64,000 nucleotides of DNA from an uncultured Rickettsia sp. Lineage in GTDB: Bacteria; Pseudomonadota; Alphaproteobacteria; Rickettsiales; JABSSG01. The notes below the pieces were generated by a model. The model had not been told where the DNA came from. It did no database searches and saw only the letters and a list, made by a program, of their open reading frames with translations. Below are positions 1 to 8,920 of the stretch, in pieces; position 1 is the first letter of the stretch, and every line of letters starts with the position of its first letter. The DNA is taken from assembly GCA_964515755.1 (NCBI GenBank), contig CAZEVK010000001.1, forward strand, positions 962-64,961, in the 5' to 3' direction. Position numbers and translations under genes: made by a program.

Positions 1-871
1 GCTCATAAATAGTAATTTGTTCTAAAGGTATATCAGTATATAAACGCATAAAACGAAATATGTCAGCATCGTCTACATTACGCCAAAACTGATAATAGTC
101 ATACGGAGAAAGTAATTCTTCATTTAACCAAACAGCACCAGCAACGGTCTTACCCATTTTTGCTCCAGAAGAAGTGGTGATAAGAGGCGTAGTTAGGCCG
201 TACGCAGCTGTGCCAATTATTTTTCTGATTAATTCAACACCATTAATAATATTCCCCCATTGATCTGACCCGCCACATTGAACAATGCAGTTATAATCAC
301 GATTTAAAATAAAGAAATCATATGCTTGCAAAATCATGTAGTTAAATTCCAGGAAACTTAAGCTTTGCTCGCGATCAAGGCGAGATTTAACACTTTCAAA
401 ACTAAGCATACGATTCACCGAAAAATGACGACCGTAATCTCGCAAGAACTCCATGTAGTTTAAATGATCTAACCACGCAGAGTTATTAACCATAATTGCG
501 TCACTAGCCTTTTCACCAAAGTCAACGAATTTAGAAATAGAATATTTTATACCAGCAAGATTAGTAGCAATATCTTCATCAGATAAGATCTTACGTGCTT
601 CATCCTTAAATGATGGGTCACCAACTTTAGTAGTACCGCCTCCGATAAGTACAATAGGTTTGATATTATACTTTTGAAGCAGTCTAAAAATCATGATTTG
701 CATTAAACTGCCAACATGCAAAGAAGTAGCAGTAGCATCAAATCCTATATATGCAGCAGGATTGCCAGTGCTTAAAGATCGAACGAGAGCTTCTTCATCA
801 GTAGACTGATAATAAAACCCTCGTTCTTTAAATTCTGCTAGGAAATCTGCGCCGCGATTATTGCTTTGCAT
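1..871 (-). CDS. tyrS: Tyrosyl-tRNA synthetase, first ~290 codons (3' end lies beyond window start)
   Basis: Edge-truncated, so absent from the ORF track. Own minus-strand translation from ATG at 871-869 gives [22 protein letters not shown]...[18 protein letters not shown] (HIGH-type motif)...[10 protein letters not shown] (KMSKS-type loop). Overlaps the upstream gene stop by 14 nt. Confidence 0.9.
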   Translation of the reverse strand, partial: MQSNNRGADFLAEFKERGFYYQSTDEEALVRSLSTGNPAAYIGFDATATSLHVGSLMQIMIFRLLQKYNIKPIVLIGGGTTKVGDPSFKDEARKILSDEDIATNLAGIKYSISKFVDFGEKASDAIMVNNSAWLDHLNYMEFLRDYGRHFSVNRMLSFESVKSRLDREQSLSFLEFNYMILQAYDFFILNRDYNCIVQCGGSDQWGNIINGVELIRKIIGTAAYGLTTPLITTSSGAKMGKTVAGAVWLNEELLSPYDYYQFWRNVDDADIFRFMRLYTDIPLEQITIYE

Positions 872-1322
872 CTACAGCGTTTACGTTTTTAACCGGTACA
901 GTTATTTTGATAGCACCAATTTTTTCAAAGTATAAAGTCATTTTAACTTCTTCACCAGCAACTAAGTTACTTTTAACATCAAACAGCATGATGTGAAGTC
1001 CTTTTGGAGAAAGCTTAACTTCTTGTTTCGCAGGTATAACAATTTTGTCTATCTGCACCATTTGACTAACGCCTTTATCATCAGTTACGACTTTGTGTAA
1101 CTCAATTTTGCCAGCTTGTTCAGATGTTACTTTATATAAAACATCTGCTTCTTTGCAATTATTTTTTATATCCATGTACGCAGCTGTCATATGGCTACCA
1201 CCCATAGTAGGTCTTACCCAGCTGTCTTTAATTTTAATTTCTTTATGTGAATCACAAGCAAGTGCTAATGAAGAAAATAGAAGGATTATTACTGCTAAAA
1301 GATTTTTCATTTTTTGCCTCAA
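858..1322 (-). CDS. Periplasmic copper chaperone PCu(A)C (DUF461) lipoprotein
   Basis: Lipoprotein-type signal (LALAC). H/M copper motif pattern SHMTAAYM ... GLHIML is typical of the PCuAC family. Size 154 aa. Confidence 0.7.
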   Translation of the reverse strand: MRQKMKNLLAVIILLFSSLALACDSHKEIKIKDSWVRPTMGGSHMTAAYMDIKNNCKEADVLYKVTSEQAGKIELHKVVTDDKGVSQMVQIDKIVIPAKQEVKLSPKGLHIMLFDVKSNLVAGEEVKMTLYFEKIGAIKITVPVKNVNAVDAKQ

Positions 1323-1442
1323 AATAAAGTTAGTAACTCTTTATGAATATAACAATACAATTGATTATGCAAGAATTTTATATAATTACTTTCCCATCAA
1401 ACCCAGTAAAACGTATTTAGCTTTATTTACTTTAACCTAATT

Positions 1443-2480
1443 TTACGCAACTGGACACCACTGAGAACCAGAATATAACTCTTCTGCTTTTTGCTGCTCT
1501 AAACAACTATAAACCTTACGAGCTATTGAGTCATTAATTACTAAAGGATTGACCTCTTTTTTTGCAGCTTCTGCAGCTATATCTATTTTTGCATAAGGAA
1601 AAATTTTTCTTACCGGTTCTACTTGATATAAAGCTTCGGGTTGAGCAGAAATAATAAGAATTTTTTTAGGTGTTCCGTTATAAATTTCTCTAAATTTTAT
1701 AATAGTATCTTCTGTATTAGCCCTGCTTCCATCAGCACGTTTACTTACTTCAACTTTAACATGAGAATAATTCTTGAGAATAGATTTATCTACTAAAGCA
1801 TACATCATGTCAGCTTCTGTTGGAAATTTTATCCCTGTATCAGTAAAATGCTTAATCAATTCATGTCTTTTTTTGTTTAATACTGAAGGAATCGTTCTAA
1901 TTTCTTGAGGAAAATAGTTTATAAAATATTGATTAAGCTCTTTAACACTTTGACCAGTGCGCTCTGACAGAAATTCGGTAACTATAGGTTCGTGAATTGG
2001 CCATAATTCACGATCACTACCTAATAAATAGATCGTACCTTTAACATGTTGTTCATCAACTACTTTTATTAATGTATTTAATCTTGCCTGAAAATTTGGT
2101 TGCGATGAGCCCAAAACTAAAATTGCATCATATTCTTCACCTTCAGGAGGAGTAAGTTCATGAATCATCCCCAAAGCGTCATAAAGTCTAATTAATGCAT
2201 TATGCATTCCTGAATTATCTTTTAAGCGAGGATCATCAGATAACATTTGACGTTCAGCACCAGCTGGGCGCTTTAAATGGTCTTGCATCATTTTATTAAT
2301 TGAAAAAAGGTCAGTATCAGATATTTTTAAAGTTTCAATTTCATTTGCGCTTGCTAATTCAGAAGGAAGTGTTTCATCAAAACAACCATAAAAATGCATA
2401 ACTTGTAATACAGCTTCTTGCTGTATGTCATCTTCCCAACCTAATCCTGATAATAAATTTGAAAAACTTGACATGACCAC
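1443..2480 (-). CDS. Hypothetical protein (345 aa); possibly a DUF218/YdcF-like fold, not recognised with certainty
   Basis: Long clean ORF with coding-like composition. Weak resemblance only (ILVLGSS...; NTEDT...; ILIISAQPE). Confidence 0.55.
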   Translation of the reverse strand: MVMSSFSNLLSGLGWEDDIQQEAVLQVMHFYGCFDETLPSELASANEIETLKISDTDLFSINKMMQDHLKRPAGAERQMLSDDPRLKDNSGMHNALIRLYDALGMIHELTPPEGEEYDAILVLGSSQPNFQARLNTLIKVVDEQHVKGTIYLLGSDRELWPIHEPIVTEFLSERTGQSVKELNQYFINYFPQEIRTIPSVLNKKRHELIKHFTDTGIKFPTEADMMYALVDKSILKNYSHVKVEVSKRADGSRANTEDTIIKFREIYNGTPKKILIISAQPEALYQVEPVRKIFPYAKIDIAAEAAKKEVNPLVINDSIARKVYSCLEQQKAEELYSGSQWCPVA

Positions 2481-2510
2481 CTAAAATATAATGAATTACC
2501 ATAAGAATTA

Positions 2511-2597
2511 TGGTGCCCCTGACCTGACTCGAACAGGTACGCCCTTGCGGACTACAGATTTTGAGTCTGTCGCGTCTACCAATTCCACCACAGAGGC
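2511..2597 (-). tRNA. tRNA-Leu (anticodon CAA), long variable arm, encoded CCA
   Basis: Reverse complement is GCCTCTG-TG-GTGGAATTGGTAGACGCG-ACAGA-CTCAAAA-TCTGT-AGTCCGCAAGGGCGT-ACCTG-TTCGAGT-CAGGT-CAGGGGC-ACCA. The 7-bp acceptor stem pairs (one G-U) and the anticodon loop reads CU-CAA-AA. Confidence 0.9.
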
Positions 2598-2733
2598 CCA
2601 GGCAAGGATGATATATATTTAGTAGCAAAAAGTCAAAGTAAAATAGCAATTGCAGAAACTTAAACTTATATTTGGATTATAGAAAAATATAGTATAATAA
2701 ATTACAAGTTATAATTTTAACTTAAGGAATAAT

Positions 2734-3582
2734 ATGCAACAGATAAAAGATAAAAAAAGCTATATTATTGTTGTTGGTAATGAAAAAGGCGGAGCCGGAA
2801 AAACCACTTCAACTATGCATTTGATTGCCTCGTTACTTAAACTTGGTTTTAAGGTTAGCAGCATTGACACTGATCATCGCCAAGCTTCTCTATCTCGATA
2901 TTTAGAAAATCGTGATCAAACTATTGAAAAAAATAATCTCTCTTTAGCAACTCCAAATCATTACAGAACTTCTTCAAGCACTAAAAATAATATCAGCGAT
3001 ATTGAAAATGAAGAAAAGGAACAAATACTTGGCATTATCAATAAAGAGCGTGTTCAAGCTGACTTTATAGTAATTGATACTCCAGGTAGTAACAGCAATT
3101 TATCCAGATTTGCACATTCTTATGCTGATACGATTATTACCCCCATTAATGATAGTTTTATTGATCTTGACTTGCTAGCGCTAGTTGACGGTGAAAACCT
3201 AAATATAGTTAAACCAGGTATATATAGCCAAATGGTTTGGGAACAAAAAATCGAGCGAGCAAAAAGAGAACAAAAAGCAGCTGACTGGATTGTAATGCGT
3301 AATCGCTTAACATCAGTTGATGCAAAAAATAAACGCAATATGGAAACTGTTGTTGAAAGCCTTGCCAAACGCGTTGGCTTTAGAGTTGCTCCGGGTTTTG
3401 GTGAACGTGTTATATTTCGTGAATTATTTTTAAAAGGTCTTACCTTACTTGACTTACTCGATCCAAAACTTAAATTTCAATTTAGTCTTTCTCATATTGC
3501 TGCAAGACAAGAACTACGCAGCTTTATTAGATCACTAAATATACCACAAATTATGCAAGCACTAGAAAAACAGAATTTATAA
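2734..3582 (+). CDS. mipZ: ParA-family division-plane positioning ATPase MipZ
   Basis: Deviant Walker A IVVGNEKGGAGKTT followed by SIDTDHRQASLSRYLENR. The length and motif layout are typical of alphaproteobacterial MipZ. Confidence 0.75.
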   Translation: MQQIKDKKSYIIVVGNEKGGAGKTTSTMHLIASLLKLGFKVSSIDTDHRQASLSRYLENRDQTIEKNNLSLATPNHYRTSSSTKNNISDIENEEKEQILGIINKERVQADFIVIDTPGSNSNLSRFAHSYADTIITPINDSFIDLDLLALVDGENLNIVKPGIYSQMVWEQKIERAKREQKAADWIVMRNRLTSVDAKNKRNMETVVESLAKRVGFRVAPGFGERVIFRELFLKGLTLLDLLDPKLKFQFSLSHIAARQELRSFIRSLNIPQIMQALEKQNL

Positions 3583-3583
3583 A

Positions 3584-4270
3584 ATGAATAATAAATTATT
3601 ATTTCTAATTTTTATTGGACTTATCACTGGGCTAATTTTGTTGCTAAACAAAACTTTTCCAAATGTTTTATCAACAAAAGAAGGTATTTACAGCTTTATC
3701 AGCAGCCTAACGATATTATTAATCCTAGCTATCGGAATACTTAGAAATAACACCAACTGGCCTTTTGTTTTAAAAAATTCCGTGATTTGGCTAACAATCG
3801 CATTCATATTAATTGCCGGATATAGCTATCAATATAGCATAAAAACATTTTTTAACCCCATAATAGGCAATATAGCTCCGTCACTTGCACAAAATAATGA
3901 AAATGGTACAGTCACTATTTACTCAGGACAAAATGGTCACTTTGTAGTAAACGCGCTAGTAAATGGTTCTACTGTACAGTTTCTATTAGATACCGGTGCT
4001 AGCGATGTTGTATTAACACAACAAGATGCAAAAAATGCCGGAATAGATACATCAAAACTCTCTTACTCTTCTGTTGTGCAAACTGCTAATGGTATCACTA
4101 GTACTGCTTCTATAATTATTGATCAAGTTCAGGTTGGTAGTATTATTTTACAAAATGTTGAAGCAGCTGTAGGTCAAAATGGTTTAGATACATCACTTCT
4201 TGGAATGAGTTTTTTAACTAGATTAGGAAGCTACAATGTTACTGCTGGAACACTTACAATGTCTCAGTAA
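3584..4270 (+). CDS. Membrane-anchored retropepsin-like (clan AA) aspartic protease, TIGR02281/APRc-like
   Basis: N-terminal TM helices followed by the catalytic motif FLLDTGASDVVLT and a C-terminal LLGMSFL flap-like segment. Confidence 0.8.
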   Translation: MNNKLLFLIFIGLITGLILLLNKTFPNVLSTKEGIYSFISSLTILLILAIGILRNNTNWPFVLKNSVIWLTIAFILIAGYSYQYSIKTFFNPIIGNIAPSLAQNNENGTVTIYSGQNGHFVVNALVNGSTVQFLLDTGASDVVLTQQDAKNAGIDTSKLSYSSVVQTANGITSTASIIIDQVQVGSIILQNVEAAVGQNGLDTSLLGMSFLTRLGSYNVTAGTLTMSQ

Positions 4271-4604
4271 TTATGTTAGACTCCACTATTTCTTCAGCAA
4301 TAATTCGAATAAATCTTTTACGATAAAAATCTGTAATTATTTTGACGATAACAAATACTTTATTATCATATATAATTTTCATATCTTGGTTTAATTTATA
4401 TTTGTATCTTACTGTAAATTGGTAAAAATTACTACTAACAACTCTTTTAGCCAATGCCACTTCACTACCAACTAATTTGCGATTAAATAATGATTCAATC
4501 TGTGCCCAACTATGATATTTTACTACCCATATTTTGCTATAACTCCCCGCTTCATCAAAAATTTGTTTTGATTCTTCAATAATAATTTTACATGATAATT
4601 TCAT
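4254..4604 (-). CDS. Phage/GTA head-tail adaptor (Phage_H_T_join, RcGTA g7-like)
   Basis: Pattern KIIIEE..DEAG...W...WAQIE...Y.FTVRY...DMKIIYDNKVF.IVKI.D matches SPP1 gp16/HK97 gp10-type head-tail joining proteins. The 3' end overlaps the convergent protease gene by 17 nt. Confidence 0.7.
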   Translation of the reverse strand: MKLSCKIIIEESKQIFDEAGSYSKIWVVKYHSWAQIESLFNRKLVGSEVALAKRVVSSNFYQFTVRYKYKLNQDMKIIYDNKVFVIVKIITDFYRKRFIRIIAEEIVESNIITETL

Positions 4605-4615
4605 TTTTATGCTAT

Positions 4616-5155
4616 CTATAAAGTTATGCGACGATAAGGTGCGTAAAGAGAAATACTTACCTGCGGTAAAACTGATAAATGACGATCATCATAAAGACTA
4701 GCAATATGATTTAATATACCGAGCTTAATTGGCTCAGGAATCAGCTCATGATTCTCATATCCAGCTTTATAAACAATACTCAAACCATTACTAATAAATG
4801 GTACAGAAAGCTCTATAATATCGCCATGTTCATTTAAAGAATAAAGACTTCTATCTATACTTTTCCTGACATTGCCATGATTCCATATAAAAATATCCTC
4901 AATTTCTATTACCGGTTTTCGCTTCAAATCAATTACACGACCATAAAAATTCACAAGTATTTGTTCAATTTTTTGCAAATGCAAGCATGAACCAAGATAA
5001 TTTTCTGCCATCAAGACTGCTGTTGCTGCCATAGAAGAAATAATAGAATCATCTTCATTATCATCAGCATCTATCCGTAAGTAACGTTTAGCTTCAGCTA
5101 AAGTAATAATATTCTGTTTTTGCCTACTTAAAACAATATAATTGTCATTATGCAT
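4616..5155 (-). CDS. Phage/GTA gp6-like head-tail connector (RcGTA g6-like)
   Basis: N-terminal signature ITLAEAKRYLRIDADDNEDDSIISSMAATAVLMAENYLG is typical of the Phage_connect_1 family. Confidence 0.7.
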   Translation of the reverse strand: MHNDNYIVLSRQKQNIITLAEAKRYLRIDADDNEDDSIISSMAATAVLMAENYLGSCLHLQKIEQILVNFYGRVIDLKRKPVIEIEDIFIWNHGNVRKSIDRSLYSLNEHGDIIELSVPFISNGLSIVYKAGYENHELIPEPIKLGILNHIASLYDDRHLSVLPQVSISLYAPYRRITL

Positions 5156-5561
5156 TTAACCTCCTTATATGATTATGATTAAATTTATATGTAAATTTTT
5201 AGATCGACTCATTACTTAATACTGCTGATAACGCGCATAAAAAATAATCAACCGCTTAATAAAAGAATAAGATCTTATATAGTTATTTCCTCACAGACAT
5301 GAATCAAATCCACGTATGGCTCTAAATTTAATATTTAGACTAATTTTTATTTTAAAAGAAAATGACGACTTAGCTTAAATCGTATAAGTAAACTTGGTTA
5401 TTAATCTTTGCATGAAAGCACCTAGAATAAAGAATTTTTCTAAATGAATATTATTTTTTGTTTCTAATTATTAAATAATATCGAAAATAAATATCAGCCT
5501 TAATAATTTATTAATCACTTTATGTTATTCTAGTTAATAATCAAATAATAAAAAACAAAAT

Positions 5562-5927
5562 ATGACTGAAGAATTACGTCTTACTTTAGATTGGCAACAG
5601 GTTAAAGATCATCTAGAATACTTCAAAATAGATCATGATGGCAAGAACAAAACCGGAATGTTTAATCATCTGATCAAGCAAGGCATTGATACTCATAATG
5701 TAAATATTATTATCGCTGGAATATTAATTAATCCTACACTAACAGTAGAATTAGCCAATGGCGATAGACTACCAGATACAGCAAGGCAAGTGCTAAGAGA
5801 GCACCCAGCCGAAGCGCTAGAATTAAAAAAACTAGCATCGAAAAATGATTCAGTGGTCAGAACAAATAAAAATTTGCCAAAAATTCCTTCTTCGGCAAAA
5901 AAATTAAATTCAGGAAAGGAAATGTGA
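5562..5927 (+). CDS. Hypothetical protein (121 aa) inserted between the GTA gene pairs
   Basis: ORF only; no recognisable motif. Confidence 0.4.
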   Translation: MTEELRLTLDWQQVKDHLEYFKIDHDGKNKTGMFNHLIKQGIDTHNVNIIIAGILINPTLTVELANGDRLPDTARQVLREHPAEALELKKLASKNDSVVRTNKNLPKIPSSAKKLNSGKEM

Positions 5928-5937
5928 TAATAGGCAT

Positions 5938-5980
5938 AAAAAAATAGACCTATGCATAATGGAGGTTGTGCATAGGTCTA
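5938..5980 (-). terminator. Rho-independent terminator (perfect 12-bp stem; T7 tract when read on the minus strand)
   Basis: TAGACCTATGCA (5945-5956) / TGCATAGGTCTA (5969-5980) with a 12-nt loop. A7 at 5938-5944 becomes the U-tract on the minus strand, downstream of the g8-g9 genes. It could also act weakly on the plus-strand ORF. Confidence 0.55.
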
Positions 5981-6096
5981 TTCAGAGGAGACAACTTTTT
6001 GTTCATAGTATAAATACTTAGAACTTGTCATCTTTATAGCACACATACCAATAATGTCAACAGCTATTAGAAAAAAATTAAGATTTTGCCAATTTT

Positions 6097-6514
6097 TCAC
6101 TTTCTGCTAATATATTCAACCTCACCTGCGCTCTCTAAGGTTAAGTTATAGCCCTCTTCTTCTCCAAAATTTCCTAAACGTTCATATGAACTAAATAATA
6201 AACACGCCAATAAGCGTATCGCCATTGCCAAAGCAAATACAAAAATTTGCACCTCTATTAGCAAAAGCATGTTGCCTTAACAAGGTTTCTAACCCGGCAT
6301 CCGTGAAAACACCAGTACCAGAAATGCTAACCGCGCTTGTTCCTGCGCCAATTAGAAGATTACGCCACTTGCCAGACTCTTTATGGCTACAATCGATCAG
6401 TTGATTATTTAGCAAAAACCTTGTAGTACGCATTCCACCAATAGTAATATATTGTTCAGGGTACATCCCGCAACCAATCTTCAATAAAACCAAAGATCCG
6501 CTTTGAGTTGTCAT
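6097..6514 (-). pseudogene. GTA/phage major tail protein (TP901-1 family, RcGTA g9-like) with a +1 frameshift near 6191
   Basis: The ORF-track product ends ...GDTLIGVFII*. The next frame continues SSYERLGNFGEEEGYNLTLESAGEVEYISRK* (to 6097), the conserved C-terminus of this family. Removing one T from the run in ATTATTTAGTTC restores a single ORF. Confidence 0.65.
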
Positions 6515-6954
6515 ACATCCTCCTTTATTGAAGGAATATCATAAATTTCTTCTAATAATGATTTGAACTTACTAATTACTCTATAGGTTTTAGCATCATT
6601 TATGATCTCTAATTCCATTTGAATAAAACTAATTTCGCCAATGTGACAGGTAGGTAGAAATATATCTCGCTGGGTTAAGCAGGTTTTAATCTCATCTGCC
6701 CATGCAAGAATATCTTGCATACTGTTATTTTGAGAATAAAGATGAATTTCGTTATATAACTGCAACCGATGAGCAGTAGTTAAAGAACGATCTGATACGG
6801 AAAATTTACCTAAATAAATATATGGAAATGGTGCGTTTTTTGGTACTTGATGAAAAACCTGAACTTTGTCAGTAGTGAATTTTTCAGAATTTTTTAAACT
6901 TTTATACAAATGATGCTGAGTTTGCCAAATGACATTCTCATTAGATTGCTTCAT
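6511..6954 (-). CDS. DUF3168 tail-completion protein (RcGTA g8-like)
   Basis: VFHQVPKNAPFPYIYLG...HLYS...D pattern of DUF3168. ATG at 6954 is preceded by GGAGG; the track start at 6975 is a TTG extension. Overlaps g9 by 4 nt. Confidence 0.65.
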   Translation of the reverse strand: MKQSNENVIWQTQHHLYKSLKNSEKFTTDKVQVFHQVPKNAPFPYIYLGKFSVSDRSLTTAHRLQLYNEIHLYSQNNSMQDILAWADEIKTCLTQRDIFLPTCHIGEISFIQMELEIINDAKTYRVISKFKSLLEEIYDIPSIKEDV

Positions 6955-7274
6955 AAAAGCCCCTCCATAAATCAAGTTGAAAATAGGAAAATTTGCACTA
7001 AGGCTGAACTGTGCTTGCGCGTATATTGGTTATGAATTTGAAAAATTAGACGGAATAATTACCTATTCTAAAAAAAATAACATAAGTTAAAGTCAGTTTT
7101 TCAACCCCACCTCAAAAATAAATGTTTGTAAATTACAACTTTGTTTTTATTTAGAAATTGAATTTAATTTTCTGTAATTATCGCCCCTAATCATTGCTTA
7201 TTCTATCGACATAATGAACTTGCGTTTCTCGTCTTTTTCTAACCTATTGATGGGCCACAAAAATCTATACTAAC

Positions 7275-7303
7275 TTGACATCTACCGGGCATTACACTAG
7301 AAT
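7275..7303 (+). promoter_or_regulatory. Sigma70-type promoter upstream of pccB
   Basis: TTGACA (7275-7280), 17-nt spacer, TAGAAT (7298-7303), 66 nt upstream of the pccB ATG. Confidence 0.5.
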
Positions 7304-7369
7304 GTGTTTTTTATAATTTCATAAATTTCTTGATAAACAAAAGATTAATTAAATTAGTTACGAGTTATT

Positions 7370-8905
7370 ATGGCCGATTCAATTGAACAAACTTTAGCAA
7401 AAAAAAGAAGTGCCGCATTAATTGGTGGCGGAATTAAAAGAATTGAAGCTCATCACTCTAAAGGAAAATTAACAGCAAGAGAGCGTATAGAAGTTTTATT
7501 AGATCCAAATTCTTTCGAAGAATTCGGTATGTTGGTTGAACATCGTTGTACTAATTTTAATATGGCTGATGAAACAATACCAGGCGATGGTGTTGTAACT
7601 GGTAATGGACGTATTAATGGTAGACAAGTATTTGTTTATAGCCAGGATTTCACCGTACTTGGCGGATCTTTAAGCGAAACTAATTCACAAAAAATTTGTA
7701 AAATCATGGATATGGCCTTAAAAGTTGGAGTACCAGTAATTGGTATTAATGATTCAGGCGGTGCGCGAATTCAAGAAGGTGTAGATTCTCTTGGTGGATA
7801 TGGCGAAATTTTTCAACGAAATGTTGATTGCTCAGGCATTATTCCTCAAATTTCATTGATAATGGGACCTTGCGCAGGCGGAGCTGTATACTCACCAGCT
7901 TTAACCGACTTTATCTTTATGGTGCAAAACACTTCTTATATGTTTGTGACGGGACCAGATGTTGTAAAAACTGTAACTCATGAAACTGTAACTCAAGAAA
8001 AGCTTGGCGGCGCTTATACTCATAGTGTCAAAACCGGCGTAGCACATTTAGCTTTTGAAAATGATATTCAGGCTTTATTACAAACTCGTAAATTATTCAA
8101 TTATCTGCCGCTTTCCAACCGTAAAAATCCTCCAGTAAGAATTACAAATGACCCAGCTGATCGCGTTGATATGTCTCTTACAACCTTAACGCCAAAAGAT
8201 TCATCTAAACCTTATAACATGAAAGAATTGATTAAGAGTATTGTTGATGAAGGGGATTTCTTTGAAATTCATACTGAGTATGCCAAAAATATTATTACAG
8301 GCCTTGCTACTATGGAAGGAAGAACTGTTGGTATTGTTGCTAATCAGCCAATGTTTCTTGCCGGCTGCCTAGATATTGATGCATCATTGAAAGGTGCAAG
8401 GTTTATTAGATTCTGTGATGCGTTTAATATACCTCTTATTACATTAGTTGACGTACCAGGATTTCTACCAGGAGTATCGCAAGAACATAACGGCATCATT
8501 AAACATGGTGCCAAATTGCTTTATGCTTACGCTGAAGCAACAGTACCAAAAATCACTCTTATAACACGCAAGGCTTATGGCGGAGCTTACATTGTGATGA
8601 ATTCAAAACACTTACGTGGCGACTTAAATTACGCATGGATGGATTCAGAAATTGCAGTTATGGGTGCTAAAGGAGCAGTAGAAATTCTTTACAAAAGAAA
8701 CAACCTGAGCGAAGAAGAGATTATTGCTAAAATCGAGGAATATAAAGAAAAATTTACCTCACCTTTTTCCGCAGCTGCAAGAGGCTATATTGATGACATC
8801 GTTAGACCACAAAACACTAGGTGGCAATTATGCTGTGCTCTAAAAATGTTATACAATAAAAAAGTTGAAAGACCGTGGCGCAAACATGATAATCTTCCAT
8901 TGTAA
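7370..8905 (+). CDS. pccB: Propionyl-CoA carboxylase beta subunit (carboxyltransferase)
   Basis: 511 aa with full-length carboxyl_trans signatures ([47 protein letters not shown]). Confidence 0.9.
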   Translation: MADSIEQTLAKKRSAALIGGGIKRIEAHHSKGKLTARERIEVLLDPNSFEEFGMLVEHRCTNFNMADETIPGDGVVTGNGRINGRQVFVYSQDFTVLGGSLSETNSQKICKIMDMALKVGVPVIGINDSGGARIQEGVDSLGGYGEIFQRNVDCSGIIPQISLIMGPCAGGAVYSPALTDFIFMVQNTSYMFVTGPDVVKTVTHETVTQEKLGGAYTHSVKTGVAHLAFENDIQALLQTRKLFNYLPLSNRKNPPVRITNDPADRVDMSLTTLTPKDSSKPYNMKELIKSIVDEGDFFEIHTEYAKNIITGLATMEGRTVGIVANQPMFLAGCLDIDASLKGARFIRFCDAFNIPLITLVDVPGFLPGVSQEHNGIIKHGAKLLYAYAEATVPKITLITRKAYGGAYIVMNSKHLRGDLNYAWMDSEIAVMGAKGAVEILYKRNNLSEEEIIAKIEEYKEKFTSPFSAAARGYIDDIVRPQNTRWQLCCALKMLYNKKVERPWRKHDNLPL

Positions 8906-8920
8906 TTATTGAGAGTACTA

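Larger units (their letters stand above)
4254..6975 (-). mobile_element. Degraded, rearranged RcGTA-like / HK97-like head-tail gene remnant (g8-g9 ... g6-g7), with no terminase, portal, capsid or tape measure present
   Basis: Four recognisable head-tail genes on one strand in permuted order, split by an unrelated plus-strand ORF. One of them is frameshifted. Confidence 0.65.

Noticed and set aside
1093-1440. 115-aa plus-strand ORF, together with many similar 60-140-aa track ORFs nested inside larger genes. Opposite-strand examples are 3120-3368, 8785-9093, 9575-9826, 10087-10302, 11389-11577, 12127-12375, 13094-13288, 15775-15975, 17150-17437, 20456-20698, 25309-25578, 27631-27870, 31198-31452, 35565-35798, 36576-36851, 36926-37255, 37259-37486, 41804-42010, 45289-45591, 47161-47355, 48428-48613, 48952-49262, 50881-51291, 51726-51959, 53587-53862, 61146-61349 and 63356-63571. 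ORFs 32207-32434, 35224-35436 and 44507-44707 are same-strand, out of frame.
   Set aside because: Each lies inside, opposite or out of frame with a longer ORF that has clear family motifs. In an AT-rich genome such shadow ORFs are expected, and none has a recognisable motif or RBS.
2428-2649. 73-aa minus-strand ORF.
   Set aside because: It runs straight through the tRNA-Leu gene (2511-2597), so it is spurious.
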